In this document: one piece after another, positions 1-9,327 of the stretch
Layout of the letters: each line of letters opens with the position of its first letter
How positions within the stretch are numbered: the first letter of the stretch is position 1
NCBI GenBank assembly: GCA_963828255.1
Contig: CAWHDZ010000007.1
Coordinates: 64,001 to 128,000, forward strand
Source of the DNA: an uncultured delta proteobacterium
GTDB taxonomy: Bacteria; Myxococcota; Myxococcia; Myxococcales; Anaeromyxobacteraceae
Length of the DNA: 64,000 nucleotides
Direction: 5' to 3'
Notes under the pieces: model-generated
Told to the model about the DNA's origin: nothing
The model's input: only the letters and a program-made list of their open reading frames with translations
Databases searched by the model: none
Position numbers and translations under genes: made by a program

Positions 1-1
1 C

Positions 2-1495
<1,494 letters not shown>

Positions 1496-1513
1496 CCGCC
1501 GTCCGGCCGGGGG

Positions 1514-1858
1514 CTACCGCCGCGGCGTCCAGCCGAAGCGTGCCAGCGAGACGCGACCCCGCTCGTCCACCGCGACGCCCTCGCCCTCGAGGAGGGCCCG
1601 CTGCACGGCCGAGCCCATGGGGTCGAGGATGGAGATGGCGGCCAGGGCGCGCGGGCGGCTGCCCAGCACGCGCTGCCAGGGGATGCGGTGCCGGGCGCCC
1701 CGCAGCGCCGAGAGTGCGTAGCCCACCTGGCGGGCCGCGCGCGGCTTTCCGGCCAGCATCGCCACCTGGCCGTAGGTCGCCACGCGGCCGCGCGGGATCC
1801 GCGAGACCACGGCGTAATACGCCCGCCAGCCAGCCGGAGGAGCCCCCCGACGCGGCAT
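1514..1858 (-). CDS. Alkyltransferase-like (ATL/YbaZ, MGMT family) DNA-binding protein
   Basis: IPRGRVATYGQVA...AARQVG helix-turn-helix. PWQRV replaces the catalytic PCHRV, as in ATLs. Start is uncertain. Confidence 0.85.
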   Translation of the reverse strand: MPRRGAPPAGWRAYYAVVSRIPRGRVATYGQVAMLAGKPRAARQVGYALSALRGARHRIPWQRVLGSRPRALAAISILDPMGSAVQRALLEGEGVAVDERGRVSLARFGWTPRR

Positions 1859-1917
1859 CCCGCCCGGGGCGGTCCGGTTTCGCTTGCCAACCACCCCTTC
1901 GTCATTACGCTGAGCGG

Positions 1918-2499
1918 ATGAACATTGCACGACTCCCGCTCGCAGTCCTCGCCGCCGTCGCCCTCGCCGGTTGCGGCGTCCAGTCCATCCCGCAGGCAAA
2001 CAACGCCGTGGCCGGATCCTGGGCCGAGGTCGAGAACCAGTACCAGCGCCGCGCCGACCTGGTGCCGAACCTGGTCGAGACGGTCAAGGGCTACGCCTCC
2101 CACGAGAAGGAGACGCTCGAGGGGGTCATGGCGGCGCGCGCCCAGGCCACCCAGGTGAAGCTCTCCGTCGACCAGCTCACCCCCGAGAACATGAAGAAGT
2201 TCGAGCAGGCCCAGAGCGGCCTCAGCATGGCGCTGGGCAAGCTGCTGGCGGTCTCCGAGGCCTACCCGAACCTGAAGGCGAACGAGAACTTCCGCGACCT
2301 TCAAGTTCAGCTCGAGGGCACCGAGAACCGCATCGCGGTGGCGCGCCGCCGCTACATCCAGTCGGTGCAGGACTTCAACAACCTGATCACGGTGCCGCCC
2401 ACCAGCTTCACCAACAGCCTCTTCTACCACCACGCCGCCAAGCCCCAGTTCGCGGCCACGACGCCCGGCGCCGCCGAGGCGCCCAAGGTGAAGTTCTAG
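1918..2499 (+). CDS. lemA: LemA family lipoprotein
   Basis: Lipobox LAGC; motifs WAEVENQYQRRADLVPNLVETVKGYA and LEGTENRIAVARRRY. This is the C-terminal part of ORF 70..2499. Confidence 0.95.
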   Translation: MNIARLPLAVLAAVALAGCGVQSIPQANNAVAGSWAEVENQYQRRADLVPNLVETVKGYASHEKETLEGVMAARAQATQVKLSVDQLTPENMKKFEQAQSGLSMALGKLLAVSEAYPNLKANENFRDLQVQLEGTENRIAVARRRYIQSVQDFNNLITVPPTSFTNSLFYHHAAKPQFAATTPGAAEAPKVKF

Positions 2500-2509
2500 G
2501 GAGCGCGAC

Positions 2510-3301
2510 GTGACCCGCGGCCACGCGGCCGCCCTGGCCCTGCTGCTCCTCGTCGCCGCCCCGCCCGCCGCGGCCGAGGTGGCCGTGCCGCGCCTGACCG
2601 GCCCGGTGGTGGACCCGGCCGGCGCCATCGACGCGCGGTGGGAGCAGCGCCTCGCCGACCTGTCGCGCGCGGCGCGCGCCCAGAACAACGGGGCCGGGCC
2701 GCAGCTCCAGTACCTGGTGGTCTCCACCACCGAAGGCGAGGCCATCGAGGACTTCGCCATGCGGGTCGCCGACGCCTGGAAGCTCGGGACCAAGGGCAAG
2801 GACGACGGCGTCCTCGTGGTGGTCGCCGTGAAGGACCGCAAGGTCCGCATCGAGGTGGGCGGCGGGCTCGAGGGCGGGCTCACCGACGCCCAGTCCGGGA
2901 GGATCATCCGCACCGCCATCGTCCCGGCCTTCAAGCAGGAGCGCTACGGGGAGGGGCTCCACGCCGCCGGTCAGCAGATCCTGGGCGCGCTGGGCGCGCT
3001 CCCCGAGGGAATGTCGAAGGCCCAGGAGCGCCAGACCGTCGAGAAGGAGATCGGCGGCATCCCCATCCTGGGCGCCCTGTTCGCGTTCCTGTTCGGGCTC
3101 GGCTCGCCGGTCTTCATCCTGCTCGTCATCGCCTTCGTGATCGTCCGGGCGCTCCTCGGGGCCGGCCGGCACGGTCCGCGCGGCCCGTGGGGCGGTGGCG
3201 GGTTCGGCGGCGGCGGCTTCAGCAGCGGCGGTGGCGGTGGAGGAGGCTGGAGCGGCGGCGGCGGCGGCTTCAGCGGCGGCGGCGCCTCGGGGAGCTGGTA
3301 G
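2510..3301 (+). CDS. TPM-domain (YgcG-like) membrane protein with Gly-rich tail
   Basis: Signal peptide; WKLGTKGKDDGVLVVVAVKDRKVRIEVGGGLEG; C-terminal GGGFSGGGASGSW; follows lemA. Confidence 0.92.
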   Translation: MTRGHAAALALLLLVAAPPAAAEVAVPRLTGPVVDPAGAIDARWEQRLADLSRAARAQNNGAGPQLQYLVVSTTEGEAIEDFAMRVADAWKLGTKGKDDGVLVVVAVKDRKVRIEVGGGLEGGLTDAQSGRIIRTAIVPAFKQERYGEGLHAAGQQILGALGALPEGMSKAQERQTVEKEIGGIPILGALFAFLFGLGSPVFILLVIAFVIVRALLGAGRHGPRGPWGGGGFGGGGFSSGGGGGGGWSGGGGGFSGGGASGSW

Positions 3302-3309
3302 GAGCGGCC

Positions 3310-3945
3310 ATGGCACTCGATTCCCTGATCCCCAAGGATGCCCAGGAGCGGATCGCCGCGGCGGTGCGCCGGGCCGAGTCCACCAGCACCGGCCAGGTGG
3401 TCCCGGTGGTGGTGGAGCGCTCGGAGCCCTACGAGGAGGCCCGCTGGATCGGCGCCATCGTGGGAGCTGCGCTGGCCACCCTGGCGGTGGAACTGCTGGT
3501 GAAGGACCCCACCGTGGCCGAGGTGCTGCTCTTCCAGGTCCTCTCCGGCGTGGTGGGCTGGCTCATGGGGCGGCTCCCGGCGGTGGAGCGGCTGCTGGCG
3601 GGCCGTCGGCACCAGGAGGAGGCGGTGCGGGGGCGGGCCGAGCAGGCCTTCTTCGAGCACGGCCTCCACCAGACCCGGGACGGCACCGGCGTGCTGGTCT
3701 TCGCCTCGCTGCGCGAGCACCGGGCGGTGATCATCGGCGACCGGGGCATCCACGCGCGCATGGGGGACGGGGAGTGGCAGCGGGCCGTGGACGCGCTGGT
3801 CGCGGGGATGCGCGGGGGCAAGCCCGGCCAGGGGTTCGAGGCCGCCATCGACCTCGTCGGCGCCCGGCTCGCCGAGCACTTCCCGAGGCGGGACGGGGAT
3901 CCCCGTTCCAACGAGCTCCCCGACGGGCTCAATCGCGGCCGCTGA
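3310..3945 (+). CDS. TPM-domain membrane protein (third gene of the lemA operon)
   Basis: AVRRAESTSTGQVVPVV, TRDGTGVLVFASLREHRAVIIGDRGI and C-terminal NELPD; GGAG upstream. Confidence 0.9.
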   Translation: MALDSLIPKDAQERIAAAVRRAESTSTGQVVPVVVERSEPYEEARWIGAIVGAALATLAVELLVKDPTVAEVLLFQVLSGVVGWLMGRLPAVERLLAGRRHQEEAVRGRAEQAFFEHGLHQTRDGTGVLVFASLREHRAVIIGDRGIHARMGDGEWQRAVDALVAGMRGGKPGQGFEAAIDLVGARLAEHFPRRDGDPRSNELPDGLNRGR

Positions 3946-3958
3946 CCCTCCGGGACTG

Positions 3959-3987
3959 TTGACAAGGCATCCGCCCGAACGGATAAG
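3959..3987 (+). promoter_or_regulatory. sigma70-type promoter with an internal inverted repeat (possible operator)
   Basis: TTGACA(3959)-N17-GATAAG(3982), 6 nt before ATG 3994. Inverted repeat ATCCG-N6-CGGAT at 3969-3984. Confidence 0.45.
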
Positions 3988-3993
3988 TCGGGC

Positions 3994-4653
3994 ATGCCTC
4001 CAAGGAACCCTCCCGCCTCCCGGCGCCCGCGCGCGCGCGCCCGGGGAGCGCGGGTCCCCGGCCACGAGCGGGCCCACCCCGCCGCCGGAAACGACCTCAC
4101 CCCGGTCCTGGGGGCGAACCTGCGCCGCCTGCGCGGCCGCCGCAACCTCTCGCTGGAGAAGCTGGCCAAGCTCTCCGGCGTCTCCCGGGCCATGCTCGGG
4201 CAGATCGAGCTGGGGCAGAGCGCACCCACGGTGAACGTGCTGTGGAAGATCGGCACGGCGCTCGAGGTGCCCTTCAGCGCCCTGATCACCAGCCGCCCCA
4301 CCGCCTCCTTCCACGTCATGCGCGCCGACCAGGCCAAGCGGCTGGCCTCCTCCGACGGCACCTTCGTGTCGCGGGCGCTCTTCCCCTTCGACGAGCCGCG
4401 CCGGGTGGAGTTCTACGAGCTGCGGGTCGCGCCCGGCGGGGTCGAGCGGGCCGACCCCCACCCGCCCGGGACGGTGGAGAATCTCGTGGTGAGCCGCGGC
4501 GCCATGGAGATCGAGACCGGCGGCGGCACCCACGCGCTCGGCCCCGGCGACGCGGTGGTCTTCGAGGCCGACGCGCCCCACTCCTACCGGAACGCGGGCG
4601 ACGTCGAGGCGGTCCTGTACCTCGTCATGACCTACGCCGACACGGTGGGGTAG
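3994..4653 (+). CDS. XRE HTH-cupin transcriptional regulator (SutR/PuuR-like)
   Basis: LSLEKLAKLSGVSRAMLGQIELGQSAPTVNVLWKI plus cupin motifs HPPGTVE and FEADAPHSYRN. Confidence 0.92.
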   Translation: MPPRNPPASRRPRARARGARVPGHERAHPAAGNDLTPVLGANLRRLRGRRNLSLEKLAKLSGVSRAMLGQIELGQSAPTVNVLWKIGTALEVPFSALITSRPTASFHVMRADQAKRLASSDGTFVSRALFPFDEPRRVEFYELRVAPGGVERADPHPPGTVENLVVSRGAMEIETGGGTHALGPGDAVVFEADAPHSYRNAGDVEAVLYLVMTYADTVG

Positions 4654-4656
4654 GGG

Positions 4657-6057
4657 ATGGGGCGACCGACGCACGAGCTCCTGGTGGAGCGTGGCGTGGC
4701 TTCCCCGGAGGCGGTGGTGCGCGCCGAGGCCGCCGCCGAGAAGGGCGGCACCCGCCTCTGCAGCGAGCTGCTCGCCGCCGGAGAGGCGACCGAGGGGGCG
4801 CTGGTCGCGGTCCTGGCCGAGAGGCACGGATGGCCCGGGGTCGATCTCTCCCGCTCCGAGATCCTGGCCGACGCCCTCCGGCTCGTCCCGCCGCGGGTGG
4901 CGCTGGCCGACAACATCCTCCCGCTCTCCACCGAGGGCGGAAGGCTCCACCTGGCGGTGGCGGACCCCGACAGCGGGAACCGCGTGCTGGCCGAGGTCCG
5001 GTTCGTGACCGGGATGGAGATCTCCCCCTACGTCGCCGTGGCCGGCGCCCTGCGAAAGGCCATCGTGGCGGCCTACGACGGGCTCTCCCGGGACGTGCCG
5101 GCCTGGCGCGGGACCGAGGCCACTCCGGGGTGCGGCATCGCCTACTCCGCTCCGGTGGAGCTCTCTCTCCCGGAGGGCGACGAGGTGATCATCGTCGTGG
5201 ACGACGACGATCATGGGGCGCACGCCGCCCGTCACGACGTGATCGTGCCCGATGCTCCGGGCGGGCTTCCCGAGGCCCGGCCCGACCTCTCCGGCGACGC
5301 GCGGCGGATCCTGGTGGTGGACGACGAACCAGAGATCCGAACGTTGCTCGAGCGGGCGCTCTCGGCCCGCGGCTTTACGGTGGAGACCGCGCCCGACGGC
5401 GAGGAGGGGCTGGCGCGCATCGCCTCCCACCCACCCGCGCTCGTGCTCCTCGACGCGATGCTCCCGCGCATCCACGGCTTCGAGGTGGCCCGCCGGCTGC
5501 GCGCCGACACCCGCACCCGGGACCTCCCGGTGATCATGATGACCGCCGTGTACCGCGGCTGGCGCTTCGCCCAGGACGCCCGGGACGCCTACGGCGCCGA
5601 GGACTACATCGAGAAGCCCTTCCGGATCGACGACGTGGTCCGGCGCATCGACGCGGTTCTCGAGGCGACGGCGACCCGCGGGCCGGTGAAGCCCTCCGGG
5701 GGAGACCTCATGGTCCGCCGGGGGAAGGAGCTCCTGCTCGCCGGACGCCTCGACGCCGCCGCGGCTGCGCTCCAGGAGGCCATCGCGGCCGATCCCTTCG
5801 CCGCCGAGGCCCACCACCAGCTGGCGAAGACGCTGCGGGCCCAGGGCGAGCACTTCCGCGCCATGACCTCCTTCGAGCGGGCGGTCGAGCTCCGGGCCGA
5901 CTTCTTCCCGGCCCTGCGCAGCCTGGCCGCGCTCTACGCAGAGAAGGGCTTCCGCCGGAAGGCCGTCGAGACCCTGGAACGCGCGCTGGTCGCCGCGCCC
6001 GACCCGGTGGCCCGTGACGCGGTCCGCTCGGACCTGCTCGACCTGCTCGAGGCGTAG
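4657..6057 (+). CDS. GspE/PilB N-terminal (MshEN-like) + receiver + TPR protein
   Basis: N-terminal LAERHGWPGVDL...LHLAVADP; REC motifs ILVVDDE, LLDAMLP, MMTA and IEKPF; C-terminal TPR-like helices. Confidence 0.85.
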   Translation: MGRPTHELLVERGVASPEAVVRAEAAAEKGGTRLCSELLAAGEATEGALVAVLAERHGWPGVDLSRSEILADALRLVPPRVALADNILPLSTEGGRLHLAVADPDSGNRVLAEVRFVTGMEISPYVAVAGALRKAIVAAYDGLSRDVPAWRGTEATPGCGIAYSAPVELSLPEGDEVIIVVDDDDHGAHAARHDVIVPDAPGGLPEARPDLSGDARRILVVDDEPEIRTLLERALSARGFTVETAPDGEEGLARIASHPPALVLLDAMLPRIHGFEVARRLRADTRTRDLPVIMMTAVYRGWRFAQDARDAYGAEDYIEKPFRIDDVVRRIDAVLEATATRGPVKPSGGDLMVRRGKELLLAGRLDAAAAALQEAIAADPFAAEAHHQLAKTLRAQGEHFRAMTSFERAVELRADFFPALRSLAALYAEKGFRRKAVETLERALVAAPDPVARDAVRSDLLDLLEA

Positions 6058-6089
6058 CGAAGCATCCGGGCCAGGGGGCCGACAAGGCG

Positions 6090-6121
6090 ACGGCGGCGCC
6101 CCCGGACGAGGGCGCCGCCGT
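6090..6121. terminator. Hairpin between convergent genes (probable bidirectional terminator)
   Basis: ACGGCGGCGCCC-N8-GGGCGCCGCCGT, a 12-bp perfect stem with no U-tract. Confidence 0.6.
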
Positions 6122-6148
6122 GTGCGGCTATCTGGTCGAACGACGCTG

Positions 6149-7543
6149 CTAGGACTTCGAGTACGCCGGAACCGTGGCCACGCCGGGGGACGGGCGTCCC
6201 GCGTCGGGCATGAAGCTCGAGTCGTTGTGGGAGGCCTGGAAGTCGGGGTAGGCCGACGCGCCGTGCTCCGCGAGGTCGAGCCCCTCCATCTCCTCCTCCG
6301 CCGTGACCCGCATGCCGATCACGGCGTCGATGATCTTGAAGAGGATCATCCCGGTCCCGAAGGCCCACACGAAGGCCGTACCGATGCCGAGCAACTGCAC
6401 GCCGACCTGGCCCCAGGAGAACCCAGCCGCGTTGAAGAGGCCGGCCGCGAGGGTTCCCCAGGCGCCGTTCACGCCGTGCACCGAGATCGCGCCGACCGGG
6501 TCGTCGACCTTGATCTTGTCGAAGAAGAGGACCGAGAGGACCACCAGCACGCCGCCGATGAGGCCGATGACGACGGCCGAGGCGGCGGAGACGTTGGCGC
6601 AGCCCGCGGTGATGGCCACCAGGCCGGCCAGCGCGCCGTTCAAGGTCATGCCGATATCGGGCTTCTTGTACTTGAGCCAGGTGAAGAGCATGGCGCTCGT
6701 CGCGCCGGCGGCGCCGGCCAGCGTCGTGAGGACCGCGATGGAGGCGATGTTCGGCGTGCCGGTGGTGGTGGAGCCCGGGTTGAAGCCGTACCAGCCGAAC
6801 CAGAGGAGGAACACGCCCAGCGAGGCGAGCGTCATGGAGTGGCCCGGGATCGGACGCATGCGGCCGTCGGCCAGGTACTTGCCGATGCGCGGGCCGACGA
6901 CGATGGCGCCTGCAAGCGCGAGCCAGCCGCCGATGGAGTGGACGACCGTCGATCCGGCGAAGTCGATGAAGCCCTTCAGCTCGAGCCAGCCCTTGGCCCC
7001 GTCGCCGTGGAAGAGACCGCCCCAGGCCCACTTCCCGAAGATGGGATAGATGACGAGCGAGACGACCACCGAGTAGACGATGTAGGCGGAGAACTTGGTC
7101 CGCTCCGCGACAGCGCCAGAGATGATGGTCGCGGCGGTGGCGGCGAAGACGACCTGGAACATCCAGAAGGCGAAGGTCCAGTTCTCGGTGCCGGCCCGGC
7201 CCACGAAGAAGTCCCCGGTGCCGAACCAGCCGTTCGAGGTGACCCCGAACATGAGGCCGAAGCCGACCGCCCAGTAGGCGAGCGAGCCGACCGCGAAGTC
7301 CATCAGGTTCTTCATCATGATGTTGCAGGCGTTCTTCGCCCGGGTGAGTCCGGTCTCGACCATGGCGAAGCCGGCCTGCATGAGGAAGACGAGAAAGGCG
7401 GCGATCATGATCCAGACGAAGTCGAGGTTCTTCTGGACGGTCTGGACGGTGGGAGCGGCGTCTTCGGCGAGGGCGATTGCGGGCAGGGCCAAGGCCAGGG
7501 CCATGCCCGCGGCGGCGGCGAGGGTGCTCTTCCAGCGTCTCAT
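6149..7543 (-). CDS. amtB: Ammonium transporter (Amt family)
   Basis: FLMQAGFAMVETG, FAATAATIISGAVAER, DFAGSTVVH, LWFGWYGFNPGS, DDPVGAISVHG; signal peptide; GGAGG upstream of ATG 7543. Confidence 0.97.
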   Translation of the reverse strand: MRRWKSTLAAAAGMALALALPAIALAEDAAPTVQTVQKNLDFVWIMIAAFLVFLMQAGFAMVETGLTRAKNACNIMMKNLMDFAVGSLAYWAVGFGLMFGVTSNGWFGTGDFFVGRAGTENWTFAFWMFQVVFAATAATIISGAVAERTKFSAYIVYSVVVSLVIYPIFGKWAWGGLFHGDGAKGWLELKGFIDFAGSTVVHSIGGWLALAGAIVVGPRIGKYLADGRMRPIPGHSMTLASLGVFLLWFGWYGFNPGSTTTGTPNIASIAVLTTLAGAAGATSAMLFTWLKYKKPDIGMTLNGALAGLVAITAGCANVSAASAVVIGLIGGVLVVLSVLFFDKIKVDDPVGAISVHGVNGAWGTLAAGLFNAAGFSWGQVGVQLLGIGTAFVWAFGTGMILFKIIDAVIGMRVTAEEEMEGLDLAEHGASAYPDFQASHNDSSFMPDAGRPSPGVATVPAYSKS

Positions 7544-7613
7544 GGTGCGGAGTCCTCCAGAGTTTGGGTTGCAGGCAGCACGGGCTCCTCGCCAGCGCTT
7601 CTTCCGAGTCCCT

Positions 7614-7631
7614 ATCCACGGAGCGTGCCAA
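7614..7631 (-). promoter_or_regulatory. Possible sigma54 promoter of amtB with a non-canonical -12
   Basis: TTGGCACGCTCCGTGGAT on the minus strand: perfect -24 TGGCAC, but GG instead of GC at -12. Confidence 0.35.
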
Positions 7632-7818
7632 CCGATCGGCTGCCGAGGATTCAAGGCCAGTCCGCTCGACCAAGGGCTCGATCCGGCCCCACCTGCTCGA
7701 CGCCCGAGCAGCCCCCTGCTCCGTGCCGACGCACGCGCGGTCTCGCCCCATGGTCGTGCCTCGGGCAATCCGGCCCATGCGCCGCGGATCGGGGCACGTC
7801 GCGGCACGAGATGGCGAC

Positions 7819-7834
7819 AGGCACACCCGGTGCA
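7819..7834 (+). promoter_or_regulatory. sigma54-type promoter
   Basis: AGGCACACCCGGTGCA with exact GG-N10-GC spacing. Confidence 0.45.
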
Positions 7835-7844
7835 AGCCATACGG

Positions 7845-7950
7845 CGCGACGGTAACGACCGCGACGGTCGCCACCGTTGTGGGGCGGTAGCGAACCCGTC
7901 GAGGACAGGGGGGCGCCGGCGGATCCGAGCCCGCCGGCGCCCTTCGCTTG
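7845..7950 (+). ncRNA. Candidate small RNA or structured leader
   Basis: Lies between the sigma54-like promoter and a terminator-like hairpin; nested stems CGACGGT/ACCGTTG and CGACCG/CGGTCG. Confidence 0.3.
7911..7949 (+). terminator. Intrinsic terminator-like hairpin
   Basis: GGGCGCCGGCGG-N8-CCGCCGGCGCCC (12-bp stem) followed by TTCGCTT. Confidence 0.55.
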
Positions 7951-8031
7951 TCCCGGGAGGGGCGCACGCGCCCCGGACGTCCACGCGGCGTCTCCCGGGC
8001 CCGGGTGTAGGATCGTGCGAGGAGCACGACC

Positions 8032-9318
8032 CTGGACCCGTACGAACCCCTCCTCTCGCTCGGCCTGGCCGTCGTCGCCGGCCTCCTCATCGGCCTGGAG
8101 CGCGAGCAGTCGGCGCCCGCCGACAAGGGGCCCGAGTCGTTCCTGGGGGGAGCCCGGACCTATCCGCTGGTGGCCTTGACGGGGGCGATCGCGGGCCTGC
8201 TCGGCCGGGAGTTCGGGGCGCCGGTCGTGGTGGCGTCCTTCGCGGCGTTGGTGGTCTTCCTGGCCGTGGCCTATGTGGACGTGGTCCGGCGCGGGGCCGA
8301 CCGCGGCATCACCTCGGAGGCGGCCTTCCTCATCACCTTCCTGCTCGGCGCCCTCTCGGTGGCCCACGGCATCATCCCGCAGGGCGGGCGGCGGGTCTTC
8401 ACGGTCCTGGGCGCGGCGGTGGCGGTGACCGCGCTCCTCTCCTCGAAGCCGGTGGTCCAGCCACTCATCCGGCGGCTCTCCCGGGAGGACGTGGTCAGCG
8501 TCCTCAAGTTCCTCATCGTCGCGCTCCTGCTCGTGCCCTGGCTCCCCGACCGGGACTTCGGCCCGCTGGGTTCGCTCAACCTCCGGACCATCGGCTGGAT
8601 GATGCTGCTCGTGGCCGGGGTCAGCTTCGTCGGCTACGCGGCGACGCGCCTGCTCGGGCCCGAGCGCGGACTCACCGTGACCGGGTTCGTGGGAGGACTT
8701 GTCTCCTCCACCGCGGTCACGCTCGCCATGTCGTCCCGCTCGAAGGGCAATCCGGCCATGGAGCGGCCGGCGGCCCTGGCCGTCGTCCTGGCCTCCTCGA
8801 TCGTCTTCGTGCGCGTGCTGGTGGTGGTGGCCTTCGTGGACTTCAAGCTGGCCACGGCGCTCGCCGTTCCCATGCTGGCGATGGCCGTCGTGGGGCTCGG
8901 CGCCTGCGCCTTCCTCTACCGGCGCTCCGCCGCCCTGGGGCCCGCCGAGCCCCTGCACCTCAAGAACCCGGTCAACCTCTCCTCGGCCTTCGAGTTCGCG
9001 CTCATCTTCGCCGCCGTGATGGCCGGCTCCAAGCTGGCCAGCCACTACCTGGGGTCGGCGGGTGTGTACGCCGCCGCGCTGGTCGCCGGCACCGCCGACA
9101 TGGACGCCATCGCCCTCTCCATGGCCGAGATGGCCGGCGAACAGGTCCCGATCGCGGTGGGGGCGACGGCGGTCGTGCTGGCCGGCTTCTCCAACACGGT
9201 CGTGAAGGGCGGCATGGCGGTGGCGCTGGGCAGCTGGGGCTACGCCCGCATCGTCGTCGTGAGCTTCGCCGCCATCCTGGCCGCCGGGGGGCTCTCGCTC
9301 CTCGCCGTATGGAGGTAG
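8032..9318 (+). CDS. MgtC/SapB-DUF4010 membrane protein; probable CTG start
   Basis: The MgtC-type N-terminus GLLIGLERE...GARTYPLVAL lies upstream of the called GTG 8170. Also GITSEAA, GGLVSSTAVT and LKNP; GAGGAG 7 nt before CTG 8032. Confidence 0.88.
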   Translation: MDPYEPLLSLGLAVVAGLLIGLEREQSAPADKGPESFLGGARTYPLVALTGAIAGLLGREFGAPVVVASFAALVVFLAVAYVDVVRRGADRGITSEAAFLITFLLGALSVAHGIIPQGGRRVFTVLGAAVAVTALLSSKPVVQPLIRRLSREDVVSVLKFLIVALLLVPWLPDRDFGPLGSLNLRTIGWMMLLVAGVSFVGYAATRLLGPERGLTVTGFVGGLVSSTAVTLAMSSRSKGNPAMERPAALAVVLASSIVFVRVLVVVAFVDFKLATALAVPMLAMAVVGLGACAFLYRRSAALGPAEPLHLKNPVNLSSAFEFALIFAAVMAGSKLASHYLGSAGVYAAALVAGTADMDAIALSMAEMAGEQVPIAVGATAVVLAGFSNTVVKGGMAVALGSWGYARIVVVSFAAILAAGGLSLLAVWR

Positions 9319-9327
9319 TCTCGGGGC

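Noticed and set aside
3191..3283. GGC-rich tandem tract
   Set aside because: It encodes the normal Gly-rich tail of TPM/YgcG proteins and is not a separate repeat element.
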